A stretch of 64,000 nt of DNA, from assembly GCA_043228905.1 (NCBI GenBank), contig JBHGNT010000007.1, positions 13,206,001 to 13,270,000 of the forward strand, in the 5' to 3' direction. Numbering within the stretch: position 1 is the stretch's first letter; the number at the start of each line of letters is the position of its first letter. The translations under genes were made by a program, and so were the position numbers. Of the stretch, positions 23,846-36,315 are shown piece by piece. The stretch is from Azolla caroliniana. Lineage: Eukaryota; Plantae; Polypodiophyta. The notes beneath the pieces were generated by a model. That model was not told the DNA's origin, made no database searches, and worked only from the letters and a program-made list of their open reading frames with translations.

Positions 23846-26800
23846 GCCGCATATCTACGACAGGGTTCTCTTTGCCCTTTATATGCTGCATTTCTAGGTT
23901 CATGGTTTTGATGTATGCAATCCACCGAAGCATTGCAATATCTGGTGTCGTGCAACTTGCTATCATTCCGATGAGTGGCAAACAATCTGTTTCAACCACT
24001 ATATCTGCTCCAATCAAGTAATCTCTATATGTTTTTAGTGCAGTAAGCAAACCCCACAATTCTCGTTTAACTTGTGCATAATTTCTTTGCCTATCATTTA
24101 ATATCTTTGCCCCAAACCTGATATATAATTGGTCTTTCACCTTTGTAGTCTGGTTGACGAAGAACTGGAGCTTTCAATAATTCTTCTTTCAACTGTTGAA
24201 CAACTTGTGTATGTTCATCAGTCCATATAAACTTCTTCCCTTTTCTTAAAAGTTGATAGAGAGGATCTGATACATCTGCAAAGTGTGGTAACCAAATATG
24301 ATAAAATACACATGCACCTAAAAATCTTCTCACCTCTGTTACTGATTCGCAAACTTCTTTCATGTTTTGTATTGCGTTAATTTTGATCGGTGAAGGCTTC
24401 CTCCCATACCACCCACACATATGACTAACAATCAGAACTTCATTCTGCCCAAAGCTTGACTTTGTTCCTGATAGTATCAAATGTACCTGCTCAAGCTTAT
24501 TTAAAATACTTTCACAATCATTAATGCAATCCATGACAAACTTTCTGCAACCATTTCCAACCATAGTCTCATCTTTCTCTCTTTCTAAGCATCCTTTGAT
24601 AGGAATATCATCTAAAAATGGCATAGTTACCTTTGGGATGTACTCATGTAGAACCTTGTTCATTGCATTCATCATATGAGCAACTAAATTTGTCACACCT
24701 TGAGGTAGAGTGCACATTCAAACCAACCCAATTGGTGTTTTCATTGTTGTGATATTGTGACTATCAATTGCTAGTTGAAATTGGTCGTATCCTGAATATA
24801 GGTCTCCCATAGAGTAAATTGCTCTCCCTGCAAATTCGTCAACGATCGGCCCGATTCCTACATTTTGGATTGTGACTTTGTTGACTAGTTGTAGATCTTG
24901 AATGAATCTTAGAGAGCCATCTTTCTTTGGAATGGTGAACCATCGGTTGGAGTATGGTGCATTTGAAGGCTTTAAAATCTTCATCTTGATTTTATCCTTC
25001 AGTGGCTCCAACAATTGAGGTAATTGAGCTCTCGGTACTGCAATAGGTTTAAAATTCCAAGGAATATGAGGGATAGTAAATATTACCATTGGTGTTACCA
25101 CCTTTGGATCTACACAACCAATCTCCTCGGCTTTGAATGCGAACGCTTTCCCATGCCTAAAGATCATGTCTTTGAAAGTCGCGATCTCTGATTGTAGAAG
25201 AAATTCACCCCCTCCGATTCTTAAGTTATTTGTTGTATCCGAAGTGAAGTGATGTCCAATCTTCTCTATTGATCAAAGCATAGGCTTAATTGATGTTGCC
25301 TTCATCTTCTCTTCGCTACCAATAGGTAATGGTATTGCAGCAGGTTTAATCTTTTTATCTATTGTTTTATATTTTGTGTTACATAAACCTTCTACTTCTT
25401 CATATTTACAATTATACTTATCAATTTCATAATACATATCAACTGAGTTTACATGTATCTTTCTAACATTCTCATCATCTTCTTTCAAATACATTTCTAA
25501 CTCTTCTAAAGTATTTGCAAAAGAAATTTCTTCCATAACACTTTCAATCTGCTCTTCCATTTCAAGTACTCCATTATCCTTCGATGCCTGCTGAAATAGA
25601 TTAGCATTCTTTTTCAAGTTCCTCTTGCATTCATACATCCTAGTCACACATATAGCACCAGTTTCAGAAACATGAAATGACTTATTCATATGTTGTAATC
25701 TCCTATATGAGGTTCTTTTAATAATGGGACTATTGCAACCCTCACTCGCAACAATCCTAATCAAAAACCTGATTATCAAAATCATCACAGTCTTTCGGTA
25801 TTGAATGATCACGAAGCTCTTGCTTATTCCTCTCATGATTTGGGCAAAGTTCCATGGTTGTTTGCGTTGTCGTAGTGTAATTCGCACACTACGTGAAAAA
25901 TTACATTTTTGGTCTCTTCGGATAGGACATGGAGTACCTGGTGAGAACTAGAAGGAGGAACCGGTAAGGATCGAAACCAGTAAGGACCGAACCCGGTAAG
26001 GTGACCCGACAAGAGCCAGATGAAGAAGGCCGGTGAGAGTCGGTGAGAAACGGACAAAGAGTACCGGTAAGGAGGACCCGGTAAGAACCAGATAAAGAAA
26101 ACCGGCGAGAATTGGATGAAGCAGACCGGGGAAGAACCGGATGAAGAAGGCCTGTAAGAGTCTCTCACCGGATAAAGAGACAAAATTGTAAATAAAAGAA
26201 AAGATTGTTACATGCATAGGGCACGATTCGACCTTGCACCTCCATGTTTATAATGTGAAACCTTACCATTACACTAACATATCATTAGTGTTAAAAAAAA
26301 GTAAACGTCCAACATAGAAAGGTAAGTTCACGCTAGGATAAACTTTAGGTAGAAGAAAATGCATGATAAAAAAAAAAGCTACGCATGCACATGTAGCGTG
26401 CATGAACACCATAATCGATAAAAAGGCATCAAGTTAGAAAAAGTAGGATCACTTCAGAAAAAGCATGTTAGAGAAAGCATAGAGACTATCTATAGAAAAA
26501 GCATGGATTGTTAAGACTCTCTCATCACTATATAAGGATGAGGAGCACAATGTAATGGGGGGGGTGTGAAAAATATTTGGAAATTGGATATATTTCCTAA
26601 AACACCAATTAATATAATATATTCGTGGGATTCACGAATGTGTGTTCAAAATTGTCTCTTACTATCTAAATATTGATTAAATACACTAAACTCGTGGGAT
26701 TCACGAGTTTCATAACTTACCTATTTTTCTACCTATTCATTACTAAGCCTTATCTCATATTCTTCTTTCTCCTAGTCCAAAACCTCAGTGGTTCCCACCC

Positions 26801-28922
26801 GACTCATGCAACGATCCGGAGCCGAAAGGCACGACAACGTACCCGTATTTAACGTTTAAATACATATAATACCTCATAATTTGTATAGTATGTATTATAC
26901 CTCAATGTTGTTTAGTCAAATATCATGTACATTTGTCCAATACAGTATTTAACGTACATTTGAAAAACGGGTATAATACGTATTTATAAAAAAATGTAAG
27001 TCAAACCCCAACAAAAAGCAAAAGAAAAAACAAATTAGTGAAAAAGAAGCAAAAAGAAGGAAGAAAGAAGAACAGAAGAGATGACGACGAGGAAGAAGAA
27101 GAAAAAGAGAGTTCAAAGAAGGCTGAAACTTGTCCTGAGTCTAAGTGTGATAATCATAGAAGATAGAAGAAGAAGGATGATGAAGAAGATAATGAAGAAG
27201 GGAGAAAAGAAGACAAAAACGTAAAGTGAGTGTGATAATCGTAGACGATTCCTCAATCTATAAGGGCATAATCATAAATAATTGCAATTTGAAGTTGAAC
27301 ATTGTATGGTTGCCCTAAGATTATTGGATAGGTAGATCCTTCCTGCACAAATAAATGTTGATCTACCTCTATATCACCAATGGTAACCTTTACATTTGGG
27401 CATGCACCAAATAAATCTTTGGTGACTGATGTGGCTGCTTTTACTCGCCAACCATGCTGAGTATCAATTGGCCATCTACCTTTCCTGTAAAAATTAGCAC
27501 TCATTATATTTATTTCAGAACCATGATCAATAAGTGCCATCACCGGGTCTGGAACATTTCCAATCTTCACATGATGCTCATTAGTGGCTCTTGCCCAACA
27601 TTTGCGAGAGTAGTGGCTTCTTACATCTGTTGAACTTATCATTGAGGTTAATGCATGTTGAGAGTCAACAACGATATTGTTTGACTTGTTGCTCACCAGT
27701 TCATATGGTACCTTCGAATTTGTCTCTTTAACCTGCTCATTAATTTGCTTCTTTCTTCGCACAATATCAATTATTTCATCATGAAATTCCTTTTTTGCAA
27801 TACCTAACACTTCTCTTAGTGTAAATTCTACTAGACTATCTAGTATTCTTGTTTCTAAAATTTTCTTTAAATCTATATCTTTTTCAATATCAGACATTAA
27901 TTTGAATGAAGGACCAGATTTACCTTTTTCGACTTTTGCGTCCATCTCTTTTCTTTTTCTTTCTCTTGTCTCATGCTTTTTTGTTGAGCCAATCTCATCA
28001 TCCAACCTTTTCCTTTTTTCTTCCACTATCACCTCATGCTCTTGGTGTTCTGCCATCTGAGCATAGACCGTCATAACATCTACTGGAACATCCCATCTAG
28101 TGTTTTTCCTTACAGAATCTCCGGCAACATGAAGGTCTTCCATCTTCATCTTTTGCTTTGTGTGGTACTTACAACCTTCTCCCAGAATGATGATCGGGAT
28201 GGCATGTCATCGAGGTGCATTCCTGTCGTTGCCGAGTAGTACATTGCGGAAGCCTTCTTTGCCTCAGCTTCTTCAAATTTAACCTTAACACCACCATCAC
28301 CAAAGTTCTTTGTAAGTGGACTTCTAGTTTCAGTTAAATAAATGTTACCATTTTTCCAATACACTAAGTCTCGATTTTCCATGTCTTTATATTCTTCACA
28401 ATCACGTAGACGATGTTCGAGACTATCGCACCACATGCATCGGGGTCGAAATGGTTCCCTTGACCTCAAAGTTTGACCATTCTCAAGCTTTGCCACTTTA
28501 ATTGTTAGATCTTTCATACTTTGAACTAAATCATCAAGAAAAGACTCACTCTTAGTTCCGATCATTTCGCGTGGTTGATGCACCATTTCGTGTGATGGTT
28601 CTTGACCATGTCTCTGAACTTCGATGTTTTGATCAAGCCGATTCATGATTCCCACATGTGGTATTTGTAGCATTACACCATTCCTTTGCATTCTTTTCAT
28701 AAATTTATTAAAAGCGTTTGTTACCTCATTCCAATATGTTGTTATACCATCCTCGGTATTTGGCACTTCAAGCATAAATTCCCATTATTTTCTATATCTC
28801 TTGTCAACTGCCTGCAAAAATAAAGCAACCTTTTGCCAAGACAAAGAATTTCTTTCTTCTAGCTTTAAGTGTCCATACATCCTATCAAACTCTTTTTCTA
28901 TGTCAGCCACAGATAACCCTTT
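23846..28922 (-). mobile_element. AT-rich gypsy element E (same clade as B), internal fragment
   Basis: RNase H 23724-24140, RT 24094-25167 (GDLYSGYDQ, FLDD), protease IDHGSEINIM 27253-28149, gag CMWCDSLEHRLRDC 28146-28775. Confidence 0.9.
25868..26836 (+). mobile_element. Solo LTR with ACCGG-rich repeats, inserted in E
   Basis: TGTCGT...ACGACA termini; 4-bp flanks GCGT/ACGT; TATATAAGG; GTGGTTCC..GATCC U5 motif shared with 57421-58431. Confidence 0.72.
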
Positions 28923-29127
28923 TGTTGAGAGTTGAACTCAACTTCCCATAGATAGGTTTCACAGTAGCTCATGGACATGTTGGGCTAGTTTTGTAAATAG
29001 TAGAAAGGGCACTTGCACTAGTTTAGTTGGTATATAAACCAATGCATTGTAACTTAGTTACTGTTGGATGTTTTATGTTTTGATGTATTTTTGGTTAATA
29101 TATAGTTTAGTCTATCTCTGTCTTCAG

Positions 29128-29212
<85 letters not shown>

Positions 29213-31327
29213 ATACACACAACGCACACGCATCTTCCGCTACATTACAACCACTCTTGCCTCCTCATTTCTTTACATGGTATCAGAGCGTGTGGTTGCC
29301 TGATTAAGCCTATTCGATTGTGTTGTGCTGCACGCTGACGATCAACAGAACCAACCCATCGACAGAGAAGAAATCACCATGAATACTCAAATGGGAAGCG
29401 CTCTTCCTACCGAGAAGCTCGACAGAACAAACTTTGCATCTTGGGAATACAAGATGCATCAATACCTTGTCGGACAAGGCTACTAGAGCTACATTGAAGG
29501 AGCTCACGAATCACAACCCAACCCAACACACGCCGACTATCCCGCATGGGAGTAGGCCGCAAGTCGTGTGTTGTATTGCCTTGCATCATGCGCTCATGAT
29601 CATATGCTTGGCTACATTCGAGAGGCAAAAACGCCGAAGCAGGCGTGGGAAAACCTCAAGAAGATTTTCGCAGCCAATACGACCGCCCGAAAGCTCCAAC
29701 TTCGACAGGACTAAACAATCTTCAACAAAGGGACATGTCAATCGGCAACTTCACCTTAAAGATCAAGGAGTTGTGTGATGCCCTTGGATCGATCAATGTT
29801 AGCATTGACGACGAAGAAATGGTGCAGATATGCCTTGGTGGTTTGGCACCGCGATTTGGTGCAATAAGATCAGCCGTTCTCGCGAGAGAGAATCCTCCCT
29901 CTTTTTTTGATCTCCAATCATTGTTGCTAGTCGAAGAGAATCACGTGCGTCAAAGGAACAACGCGCATGACGGACAAATGCTATATTCGAACTTCGATGG
30001 AGAAAGAGGACAAAGTCGCGGAAGGAGAGGTCAATTCGGCCAAGGCCGACACAACCAAGAGCGTAACTCCCACCAATGGCAAGCGAACAGAAACGGCCCT
30101 AGAGAGTTCGGCGAAAGGGGGAGTCATAACGCCAGACCAAGCAACTGTAGGAACGTAGTTGAGTGCGGGTACTGCGGAAAACCTGGCCACTATGAAGAGG
30201 AGTGTCGGAAGAAGAAGCATGAGCAAGGCGGACAACTAACAAATTATGCCACGAACTCCGACTATGGCGACCGCAGCGGAATGTTCATAATGAAGCACGA
30301 AGCGCACTCAATGTCCGCACTTGCGTCAACTACCAATTCCACTCCGAATAGCGTATGGTTTGTCGATTCGGGAGCATCCAATCACATGACGTCCCATGAA
30401 ATTTGGTTTCAGGAACTACGGAAGCCTGAACGTCCCGGATATGTCGAAACAAGAGATGACACGACTCACCCAATACAGCATATCGGGAACGTCACATTCA
30501 GAAACGACGGCAAACAAACCTACCTCAAGAACGTGTTGCATGTCCCCACTATTACGAAAAACCTGGTCTCGGTTGGCTAGATTGTCGAACAAGGAATGCA
30601 AGTACGCTTCGATAACGATGGGTGCTTCATCGAAAAAGGTGATCAAGTCATAGTTCATGGTCGTTGTGAAGGCCGTATGTTCATCCTCGAATCAAGCGAG
30701 GTAAAGTCGGCCATGTTTGCAAAGGGCCAAAAAGTCGAAACCGACTTGAAACTATGGCACAAGAGAATCGGCCACATCAATCTCCCAAAGCTCCAGAACA
30801 TGTAATTGAAAGGAGTCGTAATCTGACTCCCGAACTTTACGGCGAAGGAGATTACAAGCGTATGTGAAGCATGTCAGTTCGGAAAGCAACATCGTCACCC
30901 ATTCCCTAAAGAGTGAAATCCTGGATGTCGTACATTCAGATGTGTGGGGACCAGCCCAGACAGCAACATTCGGCGGATGCCGATACTATGTCACGTTCAT
31001 GGACGACTTCTCCAGGAACACCTGAATCTATCCGATGAAGCAGAAGAGTGAAGTGTTCAAGCACTTCCAGACATTCAAAGCCGAAGTCGAAAAAACTACG
31101 GGTTAGTGTGTACGTTGTCTTTGATCAGATGGAGGCAAAGAATACTTTTCGGATGAATTTACGGCGTATCTCCGAAAAGATGGAATCCGACGAGAGTTCT
31201 CGTGTCGACACGCGCCTCAGCAAAACAACGTAGCTGAGCGTAAAAAACGCCATGTAGTAGAAGTCACACGAGCCATGATGAACGAGCAGAACCTGCCGAA
31301 ATCATATTGGGCAGAAGCAGCAAATAC
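28923..31327 (+). mobile_element. Ty1/copia element G, 5' half (LTR 28923-29277, Met PBS, gag-PR-INT), truncated in integrase
   Basis: PBS TGGTATCAGAGC at 29278-29289; CGYCGKPGHYEEEC, WFVDSGASNHMT, WHKRIGH, HSDVWGP, YWAEAANT; same family as element I. Confidence 0.92.
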
Positions 31328-32333
31328 GCAAGATACAAGCGGATTTATCTACTCATCTCCAACAAGCTCAACAAACACACAAGGTCTACGCGGATCGTCA
31401 TCGACTTCCATCCAGTTTTAATATTGGAGATCGGGTGTGGCTGCTACGACGACACATCAAGACTACTCGCCCATGTGAGAAGTTGGATTATCGGCGATTA
31501 GGTCCTTTCCGTATTATTGGACAGATTAATGATGTTGCTTTTCGCCTCGATCTACCTCCTCAACTTCGGATACATCCGGTGTTTCATAGTTCTCTCCTTC
31601 AACCCTACCACGAGAGCACCATCCCAGGACGTCTTATCCAACCTCCACCCCCGATCGAGCTTGAAGATGGGTCGGAGTACGAGGTTGCCGCCATCCTTGA
31701 TTCCAAGATTGTTCGCAACAAGCTCTACTATCTAGTCGATTGGCTAGGCTATAGTCCCAGCGAACGTACTTGGGAACCGATCGAGAATGTGACCAATGCT
31801 CGTGCTCTTCTTGAAGACTTCCATCGTCAATATCCACACAAATCGGGTCCTCAATCCAAGACAACTCGTGACACTCGTCGTTTTAAAAGGGAGATAGTGT
31901 CATGATATGGCAAGACTCGAACCCATGACCTTAGGTTATATGGGTCAAGCTCTTGACCATTAGACCATCTATTGTAATACGTAAGATATTATTTTCATTT
32001 ACATTTTATTATAGGAAATTAGTGTATATTCCAGATTTCTCTGGAACATTCTAGAAGCTTTAGGATTACTCCTAAAAACACTATAAAAGAGGGCACTAGG
32101 CATTATGTTGAACCAAATTGGTTCAACGCCAGTCTTAAGCCTTTTAGCCACCATTGTATATTCTCTTCATATAATACATATCTTTCTTATCATCACTCTC
32201 TCTCTCTCTCGATCTCTCTCTTTCTCTCCGTCTCGCTCACTCCTTCCTTCTCTCGAAGAAGTTCTACACCTCTCATAGTACTAATCCTTCGTTTAGTACT
32301 AATTCCTTCTCTGTCTCAGTACTGTTCCTGACA
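31328..32333 (+). mobile_element. Chromovirus (Tcn1-like) element H 3' end: integrase C-terminus, chromodomain, PPT and 3' LTR (31898-32333)
   Basis: KLDYRRLGPF, IHPVFHSSLL, EYEVAAILD..YLVDWLGY..TWEP; PPT AAAAGGGAGATAG then TGTCATG...CTGACA. Confidence 0.92.
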
Positions 32334-35300
32334 CATGGCCGTTTCCATCACTCCTTTCCATGATTTATTTGATTCGCTCCTTTTTTTTATTTTTTATTTT
32401 TTTTTATTTTTTATTTTTTTTTATTTTTTATTTTTTTTTATTTTTTTATTTTTGGTTAGTTGTTCTCCGGTCCTGTCAGATCTTTGCCCGAAGCATGCAA
32501 CTCGCCGGCCTCTTGTCGGTTTGCCGGCTCATGCTTCTCCTTACTGGCTTGGTGGTAGCCGTCGTCTTCACCGATTGCCGTTATGGTTGGCCTGCCGGCG
32601 TCTGATTCAGTTTCGGTCCTTCGTTCAAATGGGTTCTTAAGCATAGGTCCTTTGTATGGTTTTAATCTAAATCCGTTGACCCATTTGCCCATCACTCTCC
32701 GGCAAGTGTCCCCAACTGGTTGGACCCATTGAACTCGCGTGTGATCCAGTACGGTCCGGTCCATCTAAACCGTAGTTTACCTGGCATTTTGCCCATCCGG
32801 GTCTGGAACACGAGTACCGGCTTGCCGGTCCCGAACATTTTTTCGTTTCCCTTCCAGTGCCGACCTACAAATGCTTTTCGTCTCCGTTGTTCCAATTCCA
32901 GGTGCATAATGCTCGCCAATCGGTGTTCTTCTAGTTCGCACTGAGCCTTTAACCGAATTGCCTCTGATTCCTTTTCCTTCAATCGTTCCTTAATCTGAAT
33001 CCGTAAGCTTGGTACTTGGAACTCGACCGGCATGACTGCCTCCAATCCGAATGCTAACCGGAACGGTGTTGTCCGGATGCTTGTTTTGTACGTTGTCCGG
33101 TAAGCCCAGAGCACACTATGCAGCTTTGTGTCCCAATTTGTCCGATTTTCATTGACGATCTTCCGGAGGATATTTTGGAGCATTTTGTTCGTCGACTCAG
33201 CTAAACCCATTTGCTTGCAGATAGTACGGTGTGCTTCTTTTATGTACCACCGCATAGAACGTCGTCAAACTTTCTACCACCTGTCCAAGAAAGTGCCCTC
33301 CTTGGTCGCTTATCAGTTCTATGGGGCATCCGTACCGGCACCAAATGTATTCGTATAAGAATTTCGCTGTTGACGCCGCGGTGTTGTCTCGTAGGGCTTT
33401 CGCTTCCACCCACTTAGTGCAGTAATCCGTTGCGACGATCACATACCGGTTGCCGGTTCTCATTGCTGGTGGTTTATATGGCCCGACGAAATCCAGCCCC
33501 CATTTCTGGAATGGTTCTAGTGGCAAGACTGGCTGGTGTGGCATCCGAGCTTGTTCCGTTGGCTGACCCATTCATTGGCATAGATCACACTCCTTCGCAT
33601 ACCGGACTGCATCTTTCAATGTGGTTGGCCACCATAGGCCATTTTGCCATACTTTCCTTGCCGTCGCATCTCCGGCATAATGGCCTCCGGCGACTCCGTA
33701 GTGTGCCTCCCGTAGTATTACCTCCTTCTCGTCGTTGCGCACCGCTCGTCGCCAAATACCGTCCGCACCTTTGTGGTATAGCGTGTCCTGTAATAAACAG
33801 AAGTGTAGGCTCTGTACCGCCAGGCGTTTTCTCTCGTCCCAATTCATCTCCTCCGGTGGCAATCCGGTGATCAGAAACTGGTGCATATTAGTTAGCCACT
33901 TATCTTCTTGTGCCATCTTTTCATCTGTTGCCGTTTTAGTGGTGACTCGAAAAACCTCTGCATCCGGAAACTCGTCTGGTACTCCGTCCCCTGTCTCCCC
34001 GGAATCTAGCTGGCTTAGATAATCTGCGACCGCATGCTGTATGCCGGGTCGGTGGAATATCTCGAATTCAAACTCTTGCAACAACAAAGTCCACCGGGCT
34101 AGCTTACCGATAAGTGACGCTTTGGATACTAGGTAAAGGAGTGCCGAATGATCCACATGGAAAGAGAACTTTCTTCCCAATAAATAATGCCTGAATTTTG
34201 TTACACTATAGATCATTCCTAAAGCTTCCCTTTCCGTGGTAGAATAATTTTGCTCCGCTTGGGATAGCTTCCTACTGGCATAGTACACTGGCCGGTACCA
34301 CCTTGGCTCGGTAAGCTGCATGAGCGCGTTGCCGATTGCGATATCGGAAGCGTCCACGAACACATGAAATTCTTTACTCCAATCGAGAGGCTGCACTACC
34401 GGTGCTTGTGACAATAACAACTTTAGTGCCCAGTACGCCTTGTCTTCGATGTCAGTCCATTGGAACGGTGTTCGATGTACTGCCGTATGCAGAGGTGTAG
34501 CCAGGTCTGCCAAATATTGGAGCATACGGCTATGCCAACGGATTTGTCCTAGGAAACGGCTCAATGCCTTTGCCGTTGCCGGGGCTGGTGCTTCCCGGAT
34601 TGCTTTCACTTTGTCCGGATCTACGGCAATGCCTTCCTTGCTTACTATATGCCCTAGTAGCGTTCCGCTGGCCACTCCAAATACACACTTCGCCGGATTC
34701 AGGCTTAGCCGGTACGCCCTACACATCTCTAGACATAGTCTGAGATGCTGCAAATGATCTTCTTCTCTACTATAGACGGCGAAGTCGTCAAGGAACACCT
34801 GCATAAAAGCCGGTATGTATTCACCAAAGATCTCCATGATGATCCGTTGGAATGTTGCTGGTGCCGTTTTCAGCCCAAACATCATCACCACCGCAACAAA
34901 CACTCCCCATTCGGTGACGAAAGCCGTTTTCTCTTGATCCTCAGGGTGCATCCGGATCTGATTATACCCGCTGAATCCGTCTAAGAAACTGTAGACTTCA
35001 TGGCCGGCGACGGCATCCAAAACTTCATCCGTAAACGGAAGTGGAAATGCATCCGTTACCGTTGACGTATTGAGCTTCCGGTAGTCGACACAAACTCTAA
35101 TTTTTCCGTTCTTTTTCGGTACGACTACGATCGGGCTCAGCCATGTAGATTTCTTTATGGGACGGATGAAGCCGACCCTCAGTAATTTGTCGATCTCCTC
35201 CTTGACTTTGGCGGCGTAGTGTGGGTTCATTCGGTACCGACGTTGTGCCACCGGCTTGGCGTCTTTGCTCAAATGTATCTGGTGTTGATACAACTGAGGA

Positions 35301-35673
35301 TCCAGGCCTCTCATATCCTCGTACGACCAGGCAAAGACGTCGCGAAACTCGTTGAGGAGTGTAATTATCGCCGTTTTGTTCTCTGCATTCATTTCTTTGG
35401 CGATGTGCACCGGTTTTGCCTCCTCCGTCGTTCCTAGATTTACTTCTTCTAATTGGGACGCTTTTACGCGCTGGGATATGGCCATTTCCCTTTCCAACGC
35501 CTCCTGCGCATGCCGTAACTCCCGGATTGCTTCTTTATCCGGTTCCTCTTCGGTTTCGTCCGGTTGGAGTAAGTAGGGTGATACCGCCTCCGCGACGTCA
35601 ATTTCGAAGAGGGGTACAATCTTCGGGTTCTCCAGCAAGTACTGCTCTTCTTCTTCGTCTGCTAATCCCTCCA

Positions 35674-36315
35674 GCATATTGACACACTCCGCATATAACG
35701 GTGTCAGGTCCTTGTCGGTGCCCTTCCTTTGTTGTGTTGGTACTCGTACCTTCGCTTTTCCCTACCGGAACGTAATCATATTCCTCCTCCAGTTCTACTT
35801 GATATGTGCCGTTTTTAACCAAGGTCGTCCCAACAATAATGGGTCCGCTCCTTGAGCCTACAATTGGAGAACTACGGCTGAGATTCGGAATGTGTGGCCC
35901 CCGATGGTTACTTCCAAATTCCGTATTAATCCTGTCGGTCACACCGAACTTGTGTCAGCCATTCGGAGCCAAAACGGACATGGCTCCCACTCTCGCATAT
36001 TGACACACTCCGCATATAACGGTGTCAGGTCCTTGTCGGTGCCCTTCCTTTGTTGTGTTGGTACCCGTACCTTCGCTTTTCCTTGCCGGAACGTAATCAT
36101 ATTCCTCCTCCAGTTCTACTTGATATGTGCCGTTTTTAACCAAGGTCGTCTCAACAATAATGGGTACGCTCCTTGAGCCTGCAACTGGAGAACTACGGCT
36201 GAGATTTGGAATGTGTGGCCCCCGATGGTTACTTCCAAATTCCGTATTAATCCTGTCGGTCGCACCGAACTTGTGTCAGCCATTCGAAGCTAGAACGGAC
36301 ATGGCTCCACTCTCG
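35674..36315. repeat. 321-bp tandem duplication in the protease/linker region of F
   Basis: GCATATTGACACACTCCGCATATAAC occurs at 35674 and 35995. Confidence 0.9.
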
